Part shown: positions 9,273-21,133 of the stretch, one piece after another
Layout of the letters: the number at the start of each line of letters is the position of its first letter
How positions within the stretch are numbered: the first letter of the stretch is position 1
From: Nitrosopumilus sp.
GTDB lineage: Archaea > Thermoproteota > Nitrososphaeria > Nitrososphaerales > Nitrosopumilaceae
Assembly (NCBI GenBank): GCA_965197525.1
Contig: OZ240211.1
Coordinates: forward strand, 1,472,001-1,536,000
Length of the DNA: 64,000 nucleotides
Direction of reading: 5' to 3'
The notes under the pieces: generated by a model
Seen by the model: the letters and a program-made list of their open reading frames with translations, nothing else
Told to the model about the DNA's origin: nothing
Databases searched by the model: none
Translations under genes and position numbers: made by a program

Positions 9273-9856
9273 TCGGTCTTGTTATGGCAGGTGGTAAGGG
9301 TACTAGAATGCATCTACCTTGCGAAAAATTACTGCTCCGATACAAAAAACCAGTGATTCTCCACGTGGTTGACTCTTTACATGATTCTGACTGTTTTTCA
9401 AACATACTTGCAGTCACCAGCCACAACTCTCCTCAAACAAAAAAATTACTAGAAGAGAATAATATTGAGACCCTCAATACTCCTGGAACTAGTTATACAC
9501 TAGATTTGAATTTCGTTCTTAGAAATTTATCTGACAGTATCTTTGTTGTCTCAGGTGATCTACCATTACTTGACGAAGAGATAATTCAAACGATAGTAAA
9601 ACAATACAACCCCCAAAAGATTTGGACGAGCATTCTTGTTACTAGTAAATTTTTAGCTTCATTGGGATTACAATCTGATTACTCTGTGGATTTTACACAA
9701 CATAGATGCCACTATACTGGAATTTCTTTAATAAATTCACACAAAATTACAGATTTGCAAGATGTACATGAAGATTATGTTATTATTAATGATAAACGAG
9801 TTGCATTTAATCTAAATTCAAAACAGGATTATGATAATTTACTCAACTGTCCCTAA
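9269..9856 (+). CDS. cobY: Adenosylcobinamide-phosphate guanylyltransferase (NTP transferase)
   Basis: MAGGKGTRM, GDLPL, FNLNSKQD; follows cobS. Confidence 0.85.
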   Translation: MIGLVMAGGKGTRMHLPCEKLLLRYKKPVILHVVDSLHDSDCFSNILAVTSHNSPQTKKLLEENNIETLNTPGTSYTLDLNFVLRNLSDSIFVVSGDLPLLDEEIIQTIVKQYNPQKIWTSILVTSKFLASLGLQSDYSVDFTQHRCHYTGISLINSHKITDLQDVHEDYVIINDKRVAFNLNSKQDYDNLLNCP

Positions 9857-10036
9857 CACAGCACCATTCAGTACAGATTTTGAACCTGTTGGTGATGCAA
9901 TCACATTTCCACAAGAGTTGCATGCAACACTAGTAGATGCATGAGAATAAACTACCTGCTGCTCGCCACACTCATTACAGTTAACTTTTTGAAATCTACT
10001 TGATGGTTTTGGAATTTCGATGTGATCCTTTTTCAT
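9839..10036 (-). CDS. rps27e: 30S ribosomal protein S27e
   Basis: PSSRFQKVNCNEC..CNSCG Zn ribbon; paired with L44e. Confidence 0.95.
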   Translation of the reverse strand: MKKDHIEIPKPSSRFQKVNCNECGEQQVVYSHASTSVACNSCGNVIASPTGSKSVLNGAVLGTVE

Positions 10037-10314
10037 ACTGCCACCAACTCAAATTTCTTAATTCTTATACCTGGTTTGTTGTATTTCTTTTTACATACAG
10101 TACATGTCATAATAGGAGTAACTTTCTTTGTAACTTTGGCCGGTTTTGCTAGTTTTGGGAATTTCTGTCCGCCGTACCCTCGTTTGCGCTCTGCATGCCT
10201 ACGTTCACCTCTTGCAGATCCGCGTCTTTTTCCAGCCTTGTAAATGGAGACCTTTTGTTCTGTGTGCGTCTTACATTTTGCACAGTATTTTCTGATCACC
10301 TTTGGAATGTTCAT
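10033..10314 (-). CDS. rpl44e: 50S ribosomal protein L44e
   Basis: MNIPKVIRKYCAKCKTHT..GYGGQKFPK..CTVC. Confidence 0.95.
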   Translation of the reverse strand: MNIPKVIRKYCAKCKTHTEQKVSIYKAGKRRGSARGERRHAERKRGYGGQKFPKLAKPAKVTKKVTPIMTCTVCKKKYNKPGIRIKKFELVAV

Positions 10315-10383
10315 ATCAACAAACCTGTCAAACCCGTAATTTAAGCATTGAATCTATAATAAGTCCAAACTCTAACCAAATTC

Positions 10384-12195
<1,812 letters not shown>

Positions 12196-12250
12196 TCACT
12201 CGACTAAGTAATCTTAAAAAGGGGGGTTTGGCGGATTGAATCTGATCTAA

Positions 12251-13903
12251 ATGGCATCGATTCAACAAGGACCAAATGGGCCTGTACTTGTCCTCAAAGA
12301 GAGCGCGTTACAACAAAAAGGTAAAGATGCTCAACAAAATAACATTGCAGCAGCAAAACTAGTTGCACAACTCGTTAGAAGCAGTCTTGGTCCTAGAGGT
12401 TTAGACAAGATGCTCGTTGATTCCTTGGGCGATGTAACTATTACAAATGATGGCGCTACAATTCTCAAAGAGATTGATGTTCAACATCCTGCAGCCAAGA
12501 TGATGGTTGAAATTTCTAAAACCGTAGACAACGAGGTTGGCGATGGTACTACCTCTTCTGTTATATTTGGCGGTGCTTTGCTAGCTAGAGCAGAAGATCT
12601 TCTCAACAAGGATGTTCACTCTTCAACTATAATTGACGGTTATCAGGCTGCAGCAGACAAAACTCTTGAAATCTATTCTGAATTAGCAAAAAAGATCCAA
12701 CATGACGACCGCGAATCACTATTACAAATCGCTACAACAAGTATGCAATCAAAATTAGTATCTGAGGATAGTGATGCCCTCTCAAAAATTGTTGTTGATG
12801 CTGTTTTAAGCATTGTAGTTAAGAATGGTGATAATTACGTAGTTGATCTAGATAATATCAAAGTAGAGAAAAAATCAGGCGGCTCAATATCTGATACTCA
12901 AATTATTAAAGGAATTGTTCTTGATAAAGAGATTGTTCACAGTGGCATGCCTACAAAGACGGAGAATGCCAAAATTGCATTAATCAACTCTGCATTAGAG
13001 ATTGAAAAGACCGAATTGAGTGCAGAGATTAGAATATCTGACCCAACACAGATGCAGATGTTCCTAGAAGAAGAGAATAGAATGTTAAAGACGATGGTTG
13101 ACAAATTACATGATGTGGGTGCCAATGTCCTGATATGTCAAAAAGGAATTGACGATATCTCTCAGCACTACCTTGCAAAGTATGGTATTATGGCAGTACG
13201 TCGTGTCAAAGAGAGCGATATGACAAAACTTGCAAAGGCTACAGGTGGACGAGTAATAAACAACCTTGATGATCTTACTGAAAATGATCTTGGTCATGCT
13301 GATTTGGCACATCAAAAGAAGGTTGAATCTGACAAGTGGGTTTTCATTGAAGGGTGCAAACATCCGCTATCAGTCACTTTGCTGATTCGTGGTGGTACAC
13401 AGCGACTAATTGATGAAGTTGACCGCTCTATTCATGATTCTTTAATGGTAGTAAAAGACGTTATTGAAACACCTGCAATTGTTGCAGGCGGCGGTGCCCC
13501 AGAAGCATATGTGGCATCTTTGCTCAAAAATTGGGCTGATAGCTTTGATGGAAGAGAGCAGTTGGCAATTAAAAAATATGCTGAAGCATTAGAGACTATA
13601 CCACTTACCATTGCTGAAAATGCCGGAATGGATCCCATTGATACAATGGCTAATCTGCGAGCAAAACAGAACCAAAACCAAAAGTGGACTGGAATTGATG
13701 CTAGAAATATGAAGATTGCAGATATGATGCCACTAGGCGTTATAGAACCAATTACAGTAAAAGAGCAGATAATCAAATCTGCTACAGAGGCTGCATGCAT
13801 GATACTGCGAATTGATGATGTAATTGCAGTATCGGGCGGTCCTGGAGGTGGCGGCGGTCCTGGTGCCGGTGGTATGCCGCCTGGCATGCCTGGAATGGGC
13901 TAG
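12251..13903 (+). CDS. ths: Thermosome (group II chaperonin) subunit, canonical
   Basis: [34 protein letters not shown]-type Gly/Met/Pro tail. Confidence 0.96.
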   Translation: MASIQQGPNGPVLVLKESALQQKGKDAQQNNIAAAKLVAQLVRSSLGPRGLDKMLVDSLGDVTITNDGATILKEIDVQHPAAKMMVEISKTVDNEVGDGTTSSVIFGGALLARAEDLLNKDVHSSTIIDGYQAAADKTLEIYSELAKKIQHDDRESLLQIATTSMQSKLVSEDSDALSKIVVDAVLSIVVKNGDNYVVDLDNIKVEKKSGGSISDTQIIKGIVLDKEIVHSGMPTKTENAKIALINSALEIEKTELSAEIRISDPTQMQMFLEEENRMLKTMVDKLHDVGANVLICQKGIDDISQHYLAKYGIMAVRRVKESDMTKLAKATGGRVINNLDDLTENDLGHADLAHQKKVESDKWVFIEGCKHPLSVTLLIRGGTQRLIDEVDRSIHDSLMVVKDVIETPAIVAGGGAPEAYVASLLKNWADSFDGREQLAIKKYAEALETIPLTIAENAGMDPIDTMANLRAKQNQNQKWTGIDARNMKIADMMPLGVIEPITVKEQIIKSATEAACMILRIDDVIAVSGGPGGGGGPGAGGMPPGMPGMG

Positions 13904-13948
13904 TAGTAGTAGTAGTAGTAGTAATAGTAGTAGTAGTAGTAGTAGTAG
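13901..13948 (+). repeat. (TAG)7-TAA-(TAG)8 microsatellite starting at the ths stop codon
   Basis: Direct reading of 13901..13948. Confidence 0.95.
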
Positions 13949-13998
13949 TATAGTCTGATACTGTACTGGCAGTCTAACTAAACTAATTATCTATCTAG

Positions 13999-14286
13999 GT
14001 AATTGTGTAATTTTTTGACGTGATTTTTAACCTTTAAAAATAATATTTTGATCTTAGGTTATCTGAAACCACGATTACAGTGTTTAATTATGTCCAACGA
14101 CACAGTCGAAGATCACTGGAAGCATAGATATGAAAAATTAGAGCGTCAGATGAAGGAAGAGATGGCCAAGAAGACAAAAAGATAGATAAATTGGAGGAAA
14201 TGGTAAACAGGTTGGAAGGACTGCTTGCCAATGCAGTTAACCAGATAAAGACAATTACACTTGAGATGAGTCGTGCAAAAGAGGCT
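13999..14286 (+). mobile_element. IS66 remnant, left copy (left end plus 5' of transposase)
   Basis: About 94% identical to 23943..24227; encodes MSNDTVEDHWKHRYEKLERQMKEEMAK/DKKIDKLEEMVNRLE coiled coil. Confidence 0.8.
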
Positions 14287-14320
14287 GCCGCTGCTGCGGT
14301 AAATGCAAGAAATATAGTTT

Positions 14321-16009
14321 CTAATAATACTGATGCATCTGCCTCTGCTCTAACCCCTCTTGCTCAAAGTGGTTATGCGACTTGCCTCCGTCATGATGTG
14401 CATGAACTGTTCCGTCAATATGGCAATGTGTGTTATCAATCAAATCCTTGATAAACACATCATCCACGTTTAGCAGCATGTTGACAGTCTCAACTGCAGT
14501 TATCAGGACTTGCTGTTTTACAACTGCGGTCTCCATAATTTGATGGAGCGACATGTCAGACACTTTTCTTGTAGCAGCGTCTATCCCGCACCACTTGACG
14601 TTGCTATTAGACAGCGTTTGGAGTTGTGTAAATGTGTCAATTACATCCATTCCTATATTTTGGGCCAGTGTCAACGGTATCTGCTCAAGGGCGCTTGCAA
14701 ATCTTTGCATTCCGATCTGCTCCTTGCCGGGAACAGACAATGAGTGATCTTTAATCTCTTGCGCAATCAGCCATTCGACAGAGCCTGCACCGCGTACAAC
14801 AAATGGACTTTGAATAAAATTGCGTAGCACATAAAATGCGTTCAAGACATTCCTGTGGAATTCGTCAAGATAGCGCTTAGAGTTTGCCCTTAACAACAAA
14901 GTTACGGATTTTGGATTACTGTCATTGCTGCTCTCAATGAAGACCATGCTGTCACCCCCGACAGTTCTCTGATAGACATTCTTTGCAAGACCTAACTCAG
15001 CATCCGATATTTCATGTATACTCTTGCATGTTTTCGCGGCAGTTGCTTTTTCCAGCCACCACAGATCATTGTACTTTACACGACGCATCGAGATGATGCC
15101 ATGTTTTGCAAGTTTGGTTTGAACATACTCACTTACGCCCTTTCTTGACACCACTACGTTGGCTCCAGAGTCTACGATGCACCCTACTAGCGCAAGCAGG
15201 TCTGTATCCTCTTGGTCAATGAATGAGCCCATCTGGCTGGGGGAGGTAATCTCTATCTGAGATTCGGTCCTTGTCCTCATGGTCTCCAGTGGATCATTTA
15301 GCAGTAAAATTTTGGCATCAATAATGCTTTTGGGCATCGCAGAGCTGTCTATTGTCTTGTCAATGACTATGCCCCTGACTAGTTCGGTGTCAAGAATGCT
15401 ACCAAGCTTTTCCTCAATCTTTATGTCATCCACACTGATCTTTCCGTTCTGCAGATCAGCTACGCTACACACCGCATCAACGATGGTCTCAACGATTTGT
15501 TCAGGATTATCATGCAAGTCAAATATTGCTTTTCCTCCAAGACACGTAACTAGCAGACGCCTCATCATTTCCCTGTCTGTCCGGTTTGCCACCGTCTTAA
15601 TTTTTTCCAATACATTCAGGGCATATTCAAGGCTTTGCTCGTATGACTTTACAATTGCGGCTACAGGAAATTGCATTTTTAACAGCGTCTCGGCTTGGCC
15701 GATCAGACTACCTATCAGGACAGATGCGGATGTCGTGCCATCTCCAACATGGGTGTCAACGATATTTACAGCGTCCACAACAGACTTGCCTGCGGGATGA
15801 AGAACATCTGTCTTTCTTAAAAATGCACCGCCGTGGCCTGTTATCGTCTCTTCCCCAAGTATGTCAATATACATTTTTTCCATGCCGCGCGGCCCCAGAG
15901 ACGTCTTTATGATATCAGTGACAAGTCTTCCTGACATCAGGTTGTATTTTTGTGAGTCCTGCAGTCCAACACGTGAAATATCACCATCGAGAAGATCAGG
16001 ATATTTCAT
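14321..16009 (-). CDS. Divergent group II chaperonin (thermosome-like) with His-rich C-terminal tail
   Basis: Colinear with ths; GPRGMEKM and GDGTTS kept, but TND is TGH and HD is LN; tail HCHIDGTVHAHHDGGKSHNH. Confidence 0.9.
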   Translation of the reverse strand: MKYPDLLDGDISRVGLQDSQKYNLMSGRLVTDIIKTSLGPRGMEKMYIDILGEETITGHGGAFLRKTDVLHPAGKSVVDAVNIVDTHVGDGTTSASVLIGSLIGQAETLLKMQFPVAAIVKSYEQSLEYALNVLEKIKTVANRTDREMMRRLLVTCLGGKAIFDLHDNPEQIVETIVDAVCSVADLQNGKISVDDIKIEEKLGSILDTELVRGIVIDKTIDSSAMPKSIIDAKILLLNDPLETMRTRTESQIEITSPSQMGSFIDQEDTDLLALVGCIVDSGANVVVSRKGVSEYVQTKLAKHGIISMRRVKYNDLWWLEKATAAKTCKSIHEISDAELGLAKNVYQRTVGGDSMVFIESSNDSNPKSVTLLLRANSKRYLDEFHRNVLNAFYVLRNFIQSPFVVRGAGSVEWLIAQEIKDHSLSVPGKEQIGMQRFASALEQIPLTLAQNIGMDVIDTFTQLQTLSNSNVKWCGIDAATRKVSDMSLHQIMETAVVKQQVLITAVETVNMLLNVDDVFIKDLIDNTHCHIDGTVHAHHDGGKSHNHFEQEGLEQRQMHQYY

Positions 16010-16192
16010 TTAACTTTCCAGAGCATATGTAGTATTAAAACATAGCAGCTGTTGGCGTCATCTAAAAAATTATAATTCATGCATAACTAAAAACTTTATA
16101 AAAATTATCTTCATTTTTTCAGGTTGCATACAGGTACAAAATGTATTTGACAAAAAAGACACACAAACAATTTTGTTGGCAGGCAGATGATC

Positions 16193-17782
16193 TCAAAGTT
16201 TGCTGTCACTCGTTATGACATCGTCAGGTCCCGGAGTGTCGGGCGTGCTAGATGCTGTAAGTCCGGAACCGTCATTCTCCTTGAAATGCTTCAGATCCTC
16301 TCCTGTGATTACGTCCTCTTCTGGAGGCACATAATCCCGTATATCGTGTCTTGCCTTTCCTGGGTACTTGTCTTGTGTCACAAGTGCTACAATCACAAAT
16401 AGCGCAATCCCGATGGCAGGTGCTATCATGGCCTCTATTCCCGCCAGCTCCTCAGGCGTGATAAAGAACATAATCAGCCTGACGGCCGAGCCTGTGATAA
16501 GGCACGCCATGGCAGCAGGCATGTTTGCCTTTTTCCAGAACAGGCCAAACGTTAGCGGTCCAAACGCTCCTGCAAGCACAATGTCAAATGCCAGTACAAG
16601 ATAAATTCCAGGGGCCGGTGCAAGATATCCGATGGTTGTCCCAGCTATCATCATCGGCACAAGTACGATACGGGTAACATTGAGCAGTTTGCGATCGCTC
16701 CAGTTTGCCTGCCCCATCCATCGTCGCCGAATTATTCTTTGCGTCAAGTTTCTTGATATGACACTTGATATTGCCAGCAGCCCTCCACTGGCAGTAGACA
16801 TGGACGCGCCGATAACTCCCATCAGTATGGCCGCCCCTATTGCAAACGGTAAGAACTGTGTGGATAGTATAGGAAGCGCCAGCGCCGGATCGGTGTCACC
16901 TGGCAGGAAATAGAATGCCACTATTCCTAACATACTTGTTGGAATTATCGTAAACATTGTCAGCATGCCTCCCATGAATGCTCCTCTTTGGGCAGTCTTG
17001 GGATTTTTGGCAGAGAATACACGTTCCATAAAGTCAAGTGCAATGATATCCCCTAGCCCCAATGCAAGAAGGGCACCCCAGTTGATTAACGCACCGTTTG
17101 CAATATCATACAGTCCTGAAAGATCTAGGAACTCTGGCGGAGCTGCACTGTATATGATGTCCCATGGAACTTCTGAAAAACCGCCAAAGAAGAATAGGAA
17201 TGCGGCCCAAAACGATCCTATGGCAAGATATACCTGAAATAGATTGGTATAAGCTGATGCAAACAGTCCGCCTGCAATTGTGTAGGCAACTATTACACTA
17301 GCTGCAATCGTTATTCCCCAAAAGTAATCTATGCCAAAAACAACCTGTAGGATAAATCCACTGGCAGCCAGATTACCTGCAACAAGAATGAGAAAGCCGA
17401 TGATCAGGAGAATGCTGGAGATTCCTTCAGCGCCGTTGCCGAATCTTCTGAAATAAAAATCAGGTAGCGTAATCATCGACATCTTGTTCAGGGGCTTGGC
17501 ATAAAATATGGCCACTATAAACAGACACACTCCAAGACCTAGTGGAACAACTGCCCCTGCCCAAAATCCAAACTCAAAGACCAGTGCGATATTTCCAAGC
17601 GACGAGTTCCCGTCTACTGCCTGAGCTGCAAGCATTGTTCCCACCATAAATAAAGGCAGACTTTTTCCTGCAACTATCAGTCTCTTGCCGCTATGTCTGA
17701 CTAGCCTGCCTGCAAATACTCCAACTACAAGTGTAATAATTATAAAAGCTGCAACTGCGATACCAAAACCGTCCAGTTCCAT
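16193..17782 (-). CDS. Sodium:solute symporter (SSS) family transporter
   Basis: About 13 hydrophobic segments; YTIAGGLFASAYT, ERVFSAK, AILMGVIGASMSTASG, GLFWKKAN. Confidence 0.9.
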   Translation of the reverse strand: MELDGFGIAVAAFIIITLVVGVFAGRLVRHSGKRLIVAGKSLPLFMVGTMLAAQAVDGNSSLGNIALVFEFGFWAGAVVPLGLGVCLFIVAIFYAKPLNKMSMITLPDFYFRRFGNGAEGISSILLIIGFLILVAGNLAASGFILQVVFGIDYFWGITIAASVIVAYTIAGGLFASAYTNLFQVYLAIGSFWAAFLFFFGGFSEVPWDIIYSAAPPEFLDLSGLYDIANGALINWGALLALGLGDIIALDFMERVFSAKNPKTAQRGAFMGGMLTMFTIIPTSMLGIVAFYFLPGDTDPALALPILSTQFLPFAIGAAILMGVIGASMSTASGGLLAISSVISRNLTQRIIRRRWMGQANWSDRKLLNVTRIVLVPMMIAGTTIGYLAPAPGIYLVLAFDIVLAGAFGPLTFGLFWKKANMPAAMACLITGSAVRLIMFFITPEELAGIEAMIAPAIGIALFVIVALVTQDKYPGKARHDIRDYVPPEEDVITGEDLKHFKENDGSGLTASSTPDTPGPDDVITSDSKL

Positions 17783-18142
17783 AATTATACATGTTGAAAA
17801 AATTATATAAATATGCGATTTTGACTGTAAAATACGTTTTATACTCTAAAAAACAATACGTATAATACATTTTTTGTTAAAATTCATGTAAATTTTACAA
17901 TATAAAGAAATTTGGATAATGGTTACGACAAGTTCAAACGCGGTTTAATGGCAAAAAAAAATAGATGTGTTTTTGAGAAATGTGTAGTATAATGATGATG
18001 CAATAAGAATGCAGTTTACATATAAGAAAACAATTCGGAGAGATAGCGGCAAAAGAAATTACCAAGCTTGTTTAAAAGATAAGACAGCTATGCTCTGCAA
18101 TCCAATTCAAAATTTTATTAGTTTGGCACTGTTAAAAACGGC

Positions 18143-18316
18143 ATGGACAAGCAATACGCTTTTGCAGTCATACTAATCATCATTGGAGTTGGGTTAAGCC
18201 AGTCCGGAACAGGCGATTCTTTTTTTATAGGTCTTGGTGTTGGAACTGTAATAATGGGTTCGTTTTGGGTATTGATCAGAATAATAAAAGAGATCAAAAA
18301 GAAAGAGCAAAAATAA
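18143..18316 (+). CDS. Small two-TM membrane protein (57 aa), not in track
   Basis: MDKQYAFAVILIIIGVGLSQSGTGDSFFIGLGVGTVIMGSFWVLIRIIKEIKKKEQK; positive-inside tail. Confidence 0.6.
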   Translation: MDKQYAFAVILIIIGVGLSQSGTGDSFFIGLGVGTVIMGSFWVLIRIIKEIKKKEQK

Positions 18317-18358
18317 AAACAGATCGTGAAAAAAATATAAACTATAATCTGTGAATTA

Positions 18359-18886
18359 ATGCAAATGCCTGCAAAAGGATATGCCACAATTGGTTTGAAA
18401 CCTGCAATTCTAAAAAAGCTGCACGAAGTGACAGACAAAAGCTATCCTGGAATGTTCCTGCCCAGCACACTAATTATCATGATGAATGAGATCAAGAACG
18501 GGTCATACTCTGTAGAGTTGCACAACATTAGACTGGATTTGTCAGGTCACTACAACACTATAACCATCAGATTGGATGTGCAACAATGGCTAGAAGAAAA
18601 TCACAAGAAGTTGAGTGCAGAGTATGAGGAGAGATACAGGATAAAATCTTTTACAAAATTCGTGAGCTACTTTATTATCAACGCACTTGAGTCAAAGCTT
18701 AACAGTCAAAACCACACCATCAACCTAAAAGAGTCAGACTACGAATGGCTGCAAAAAGAGTACAATAAACACAAGGAAGGCATTACCGACTTTCAAGAGG
18801 TTCCAAGCTTTGACAAGTTTGCGGACATTTACATTAATAATTTGTTTGAGAAGATCAAGGCTGCAAAAAAGATCTTGACGATATAA
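18359..18886 (+). CDS. Hypothetical protein, possibly a tandem ribbon-helix-helix DNA-binding protein
   Basis: Three units TIGLKPAILKKL / TITIRLDVQQWL / TINLKESDYEWL; start may be 18365. Confidence 0.7.
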   Translation: MQMPAKGYATIGLKPAILKKLHEVTDKSYPGMFLPSTLIIMMNEIKNGSYSVELHNIRLDLSGHYNTITIRLDVQQWLEENHKKLSAEYEERYRIKSFTKFVSYFIINALESKLNSQNHTINLKESDYEWLQKEYNKHKEGITDFQEVPSFDKFADIYINNLFEKIKAAKKILTI

Positions 18887-19258
18887 GATGTCTGATTCAG
18901 CTGGTGGTTGCAAAGACGCCAAACACAACAAAGACTGATCCGCCAAAACGCCGCCATTATTTTTTTTTTAAGAAAACCAGGGGATAAGGTACAAAAAGAC
19001 AGATGATAGATGTACAGATAGGCACAAATATCTGAAAATTTGCTAAAAAGACTGCTTGTACGCAGTAGCCAGATATATGAAAACTGTTTTCAGGACATAG
19101 TGATACCCAAACAACAAGTTTTTCAAGCAATGTCAAGTTTCAGGGTCACGTTTGATTAGATCTAAGAAGACATATGACGATTCATAGATACCAAAAATCT
19201 ACATGTGATGTTTGCGGTAACACATAGTTATGACGAGTCAAACTCCAAATAAGAAAAA

Positions 19259-19510
19259 TTAGAGTGGAACCATTGTATCAATCAATCGTGCGTTAGTGAC
19301 TTGTCCATCTTTTTCCTGCATCTCAAGGTCTACCGTATATTTTAGAGAGTTCAGCATGAAATTAACCTGAATGTCCCATGCCTCTCTAGTTCCTTTTTCA
19401 GGTACTGCAAACGTCTCGTTGACTCTAAAGTCACTTACGTCTCCATACAATGCATTGATCACTCTTTTGGATTCTCGATATATGTCGTCATTCGTACTTA
19501 CTTTTTGCAT
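19259..19510 (-). CDS. Small hypothetical protein
   Basis: MQKVSTNDDIYRESKRVINALYG..; second ATG (19510) preferred to track start 19531. Confidence 0.7.
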   Translation of the reverse strand: MQKVSTNDDIYRESKRVINALYGDVSDFRVNETFAVPEKGTREAWDIQVNFMLNSLKYTVDLEMQEKDGQVTNARLIDTMVPL

Positions 19511-19879
19511 GGTTATACTACATATACTCAAATATAAAAATATTATAAGATGGAAGATGACTGAAATTTTTCAGTGTCTCCACATGCAAGAGATCAGATA
19601 TATTAATAACGCCTTTGAGGCTGCGATCAGCCAACACACGGCAGACGGTTTTGAGAGTCTTTTTTTTTGCAGTGCGCAGATATAACCTCACTGAGAACTT
19701 TAATGCCTATGCAAGATAATCTTTAACAGTATGACAAGTTTTATCAAAGATTTTTTTTTTTTGAGATTTGGGACAAGGCAAGATCTGCTTTGCATTGTTG
19801 CCGTCATTTATCTGAGAATGTCCACGGTATGCAGGTGTGTGGACAAAATAAATTGTTTGTATATCTCTTGCAGTAAGAT

Positions 19880-21133
19880 CTATAGGCCGCCAAATTTTTT
19901 TGAAAGCGGCACGCGGTTTATTTTTGCCAATTCTGCCTCAGCCTTATATTTATGATAAAGCGCAGTTTGGTTTTCAGGATCAATTGCAAGGGCCTTGTCA
20001 TACCATTTCAGAGACAGATCGTATTTTTCGAGTCGCAAGAACAGTTTTCCTTTGTAGCTTAGTGCGTATACATAATTTGGGTTAATTGCAAGGGCCTTGT
20101 CGCAGTACTCTAGTGCCTCAGTGTATTTTTTAGAATGCTCCAACAGCCATACCATGCTACACAACGCAGTAATATTTTGAGGCTCGATATCAAGTGCACG
20201 CTGACAATAAAATCTTGCAGCAGCAAAGTGCTTCATCGAAAACAGCGATACACCCTTGCTGTAAAGTGCCCGTGTGTTAGTTGAGTCATACTCTAGAACT
20301 TTATCAAAACATTTCGCGGCTTTTTTGTAAAGTCCCGTCCTGTCCAGAACCAGACCCTTGTTTATCCATGCATCAGTGCATCGAGGGTCAATCTCCAAAG
20401 CCCTGTCATAAAATACAAAGATCTCCTTGTTTGAGAATCCAGCAAAATCAAGTATCCATCCTTTGGCCACAAGCGCCTTTGTATTTTTGTTGTTTATCTC
20501 AAGAGCTTTGGTATAGAATTTTATTGCATCCTTGTGTTTTTTCTGTTTTGTGAGTTTTTGTCCTTGTTCATAGAGTTTATCAGATTGCGCGGAATCCTCT
20601 GCGATGGCACGGTTTAAAAACAATATTGATTCAGAACTCCTATCTAGCTTTCCCAATATCATGCTCTTGTTGTAAAGTGCAGAAGCGTTGTTTGGATTAG
20701 ATGACAAAATCCGTTCGGTTATTTCAAGTGCCTTGTCGTATTGGCCCAACTTGTAAAAGCACAGTCCCATCAATATCAACGAATCAGTGTATGTACAGTC
20801 AATATCAAGCGATCTCTGAAAGCAGCGTATGGCCTTGTCGTACTGTTTCGTCTTTTCAAGCGCAACCCCTTTGGCGTACAAGGTATCTATGCTTTTTGGA
20901 TCAGATGACAAAATGTGATCAAAGCATACTATGGCCTTTTGAAACTTTTCCATTTTATTGAGCGTTATGCCTTTGTGGAGATATGCCGTATGGTTGTCAG
21001 GATCAACGGAGATGGATTTGTCAAACTTTGAGACAGCCTTTTTGTAGTCATTGTAATAGATGGCAGTCAATCCCTGATTCAAGAAATACCACGAGTTCTT
21101 TGAATTTTTTAACAGCATGATTACTTGACGCAA
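19880..21133 (-). CDS. Tetratricopeptide-repeat protein (about 11 TPRs)
   Basis: Repeated ~34-aa units A-x3-KG..Y-x2-A-x3-(F/Y)DKAL-x-I(D/N)P. Confidence 0.92.
   Translation of the reverse strand: MRQVIMLLKNSKNSWYFLNQGLTAIYYNDYKKAVSKFDKSISVDPDNHTAYLHKGITLNKMEKFQKAIVCFDHILSSDPKSIDTLYAKGVALEKTKQYDKAIRCFQRSLDIDCTYTDSLILMGLCFYKLGQYDKALEITERILSSNPNNASALYNKSMILGKLDRSSESILFLNRAIAEDSAQSDKLYEQGQKLTKQKKHKDAIKFYTKALEINNKNTKALVAKGWILDFAGFSNKEIFVFYDRALEIDPRCTDAWINKGLVLDRTGLYKKAAKCFDKVLEYDSTNTRALYSKGVSLFSMKHFAAARFYCQRALDIEPQNITALCSMVWLLEHSKKYTEALEYCDKALAINPNYVYALSYKGKLFLRLEKYDLSLKWYDKALAIDPENQTALYHKYKAEAELAKINRVPLSKKFGGL

Noticed and set aside
8474-9313. 279-aa minus-strand ORF (and similar antisense ORFs such as 15279..15800, 13432..13887, 31344..31808)
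   Set aside because: They lie wholly antisense to well-supported genes and have no motifs of their own.
14191-14451. 86-aa plus-strand ORF
   Set aside because: Its first third is the IS66 transposase fragment; the rest is antisense to the chaperonin 3' end.
18118-18438. 106-aa minus-strand ORF
   Set aside because: Shadow of the better plus-strand ORFs 18143..18316 and 18359..18886.
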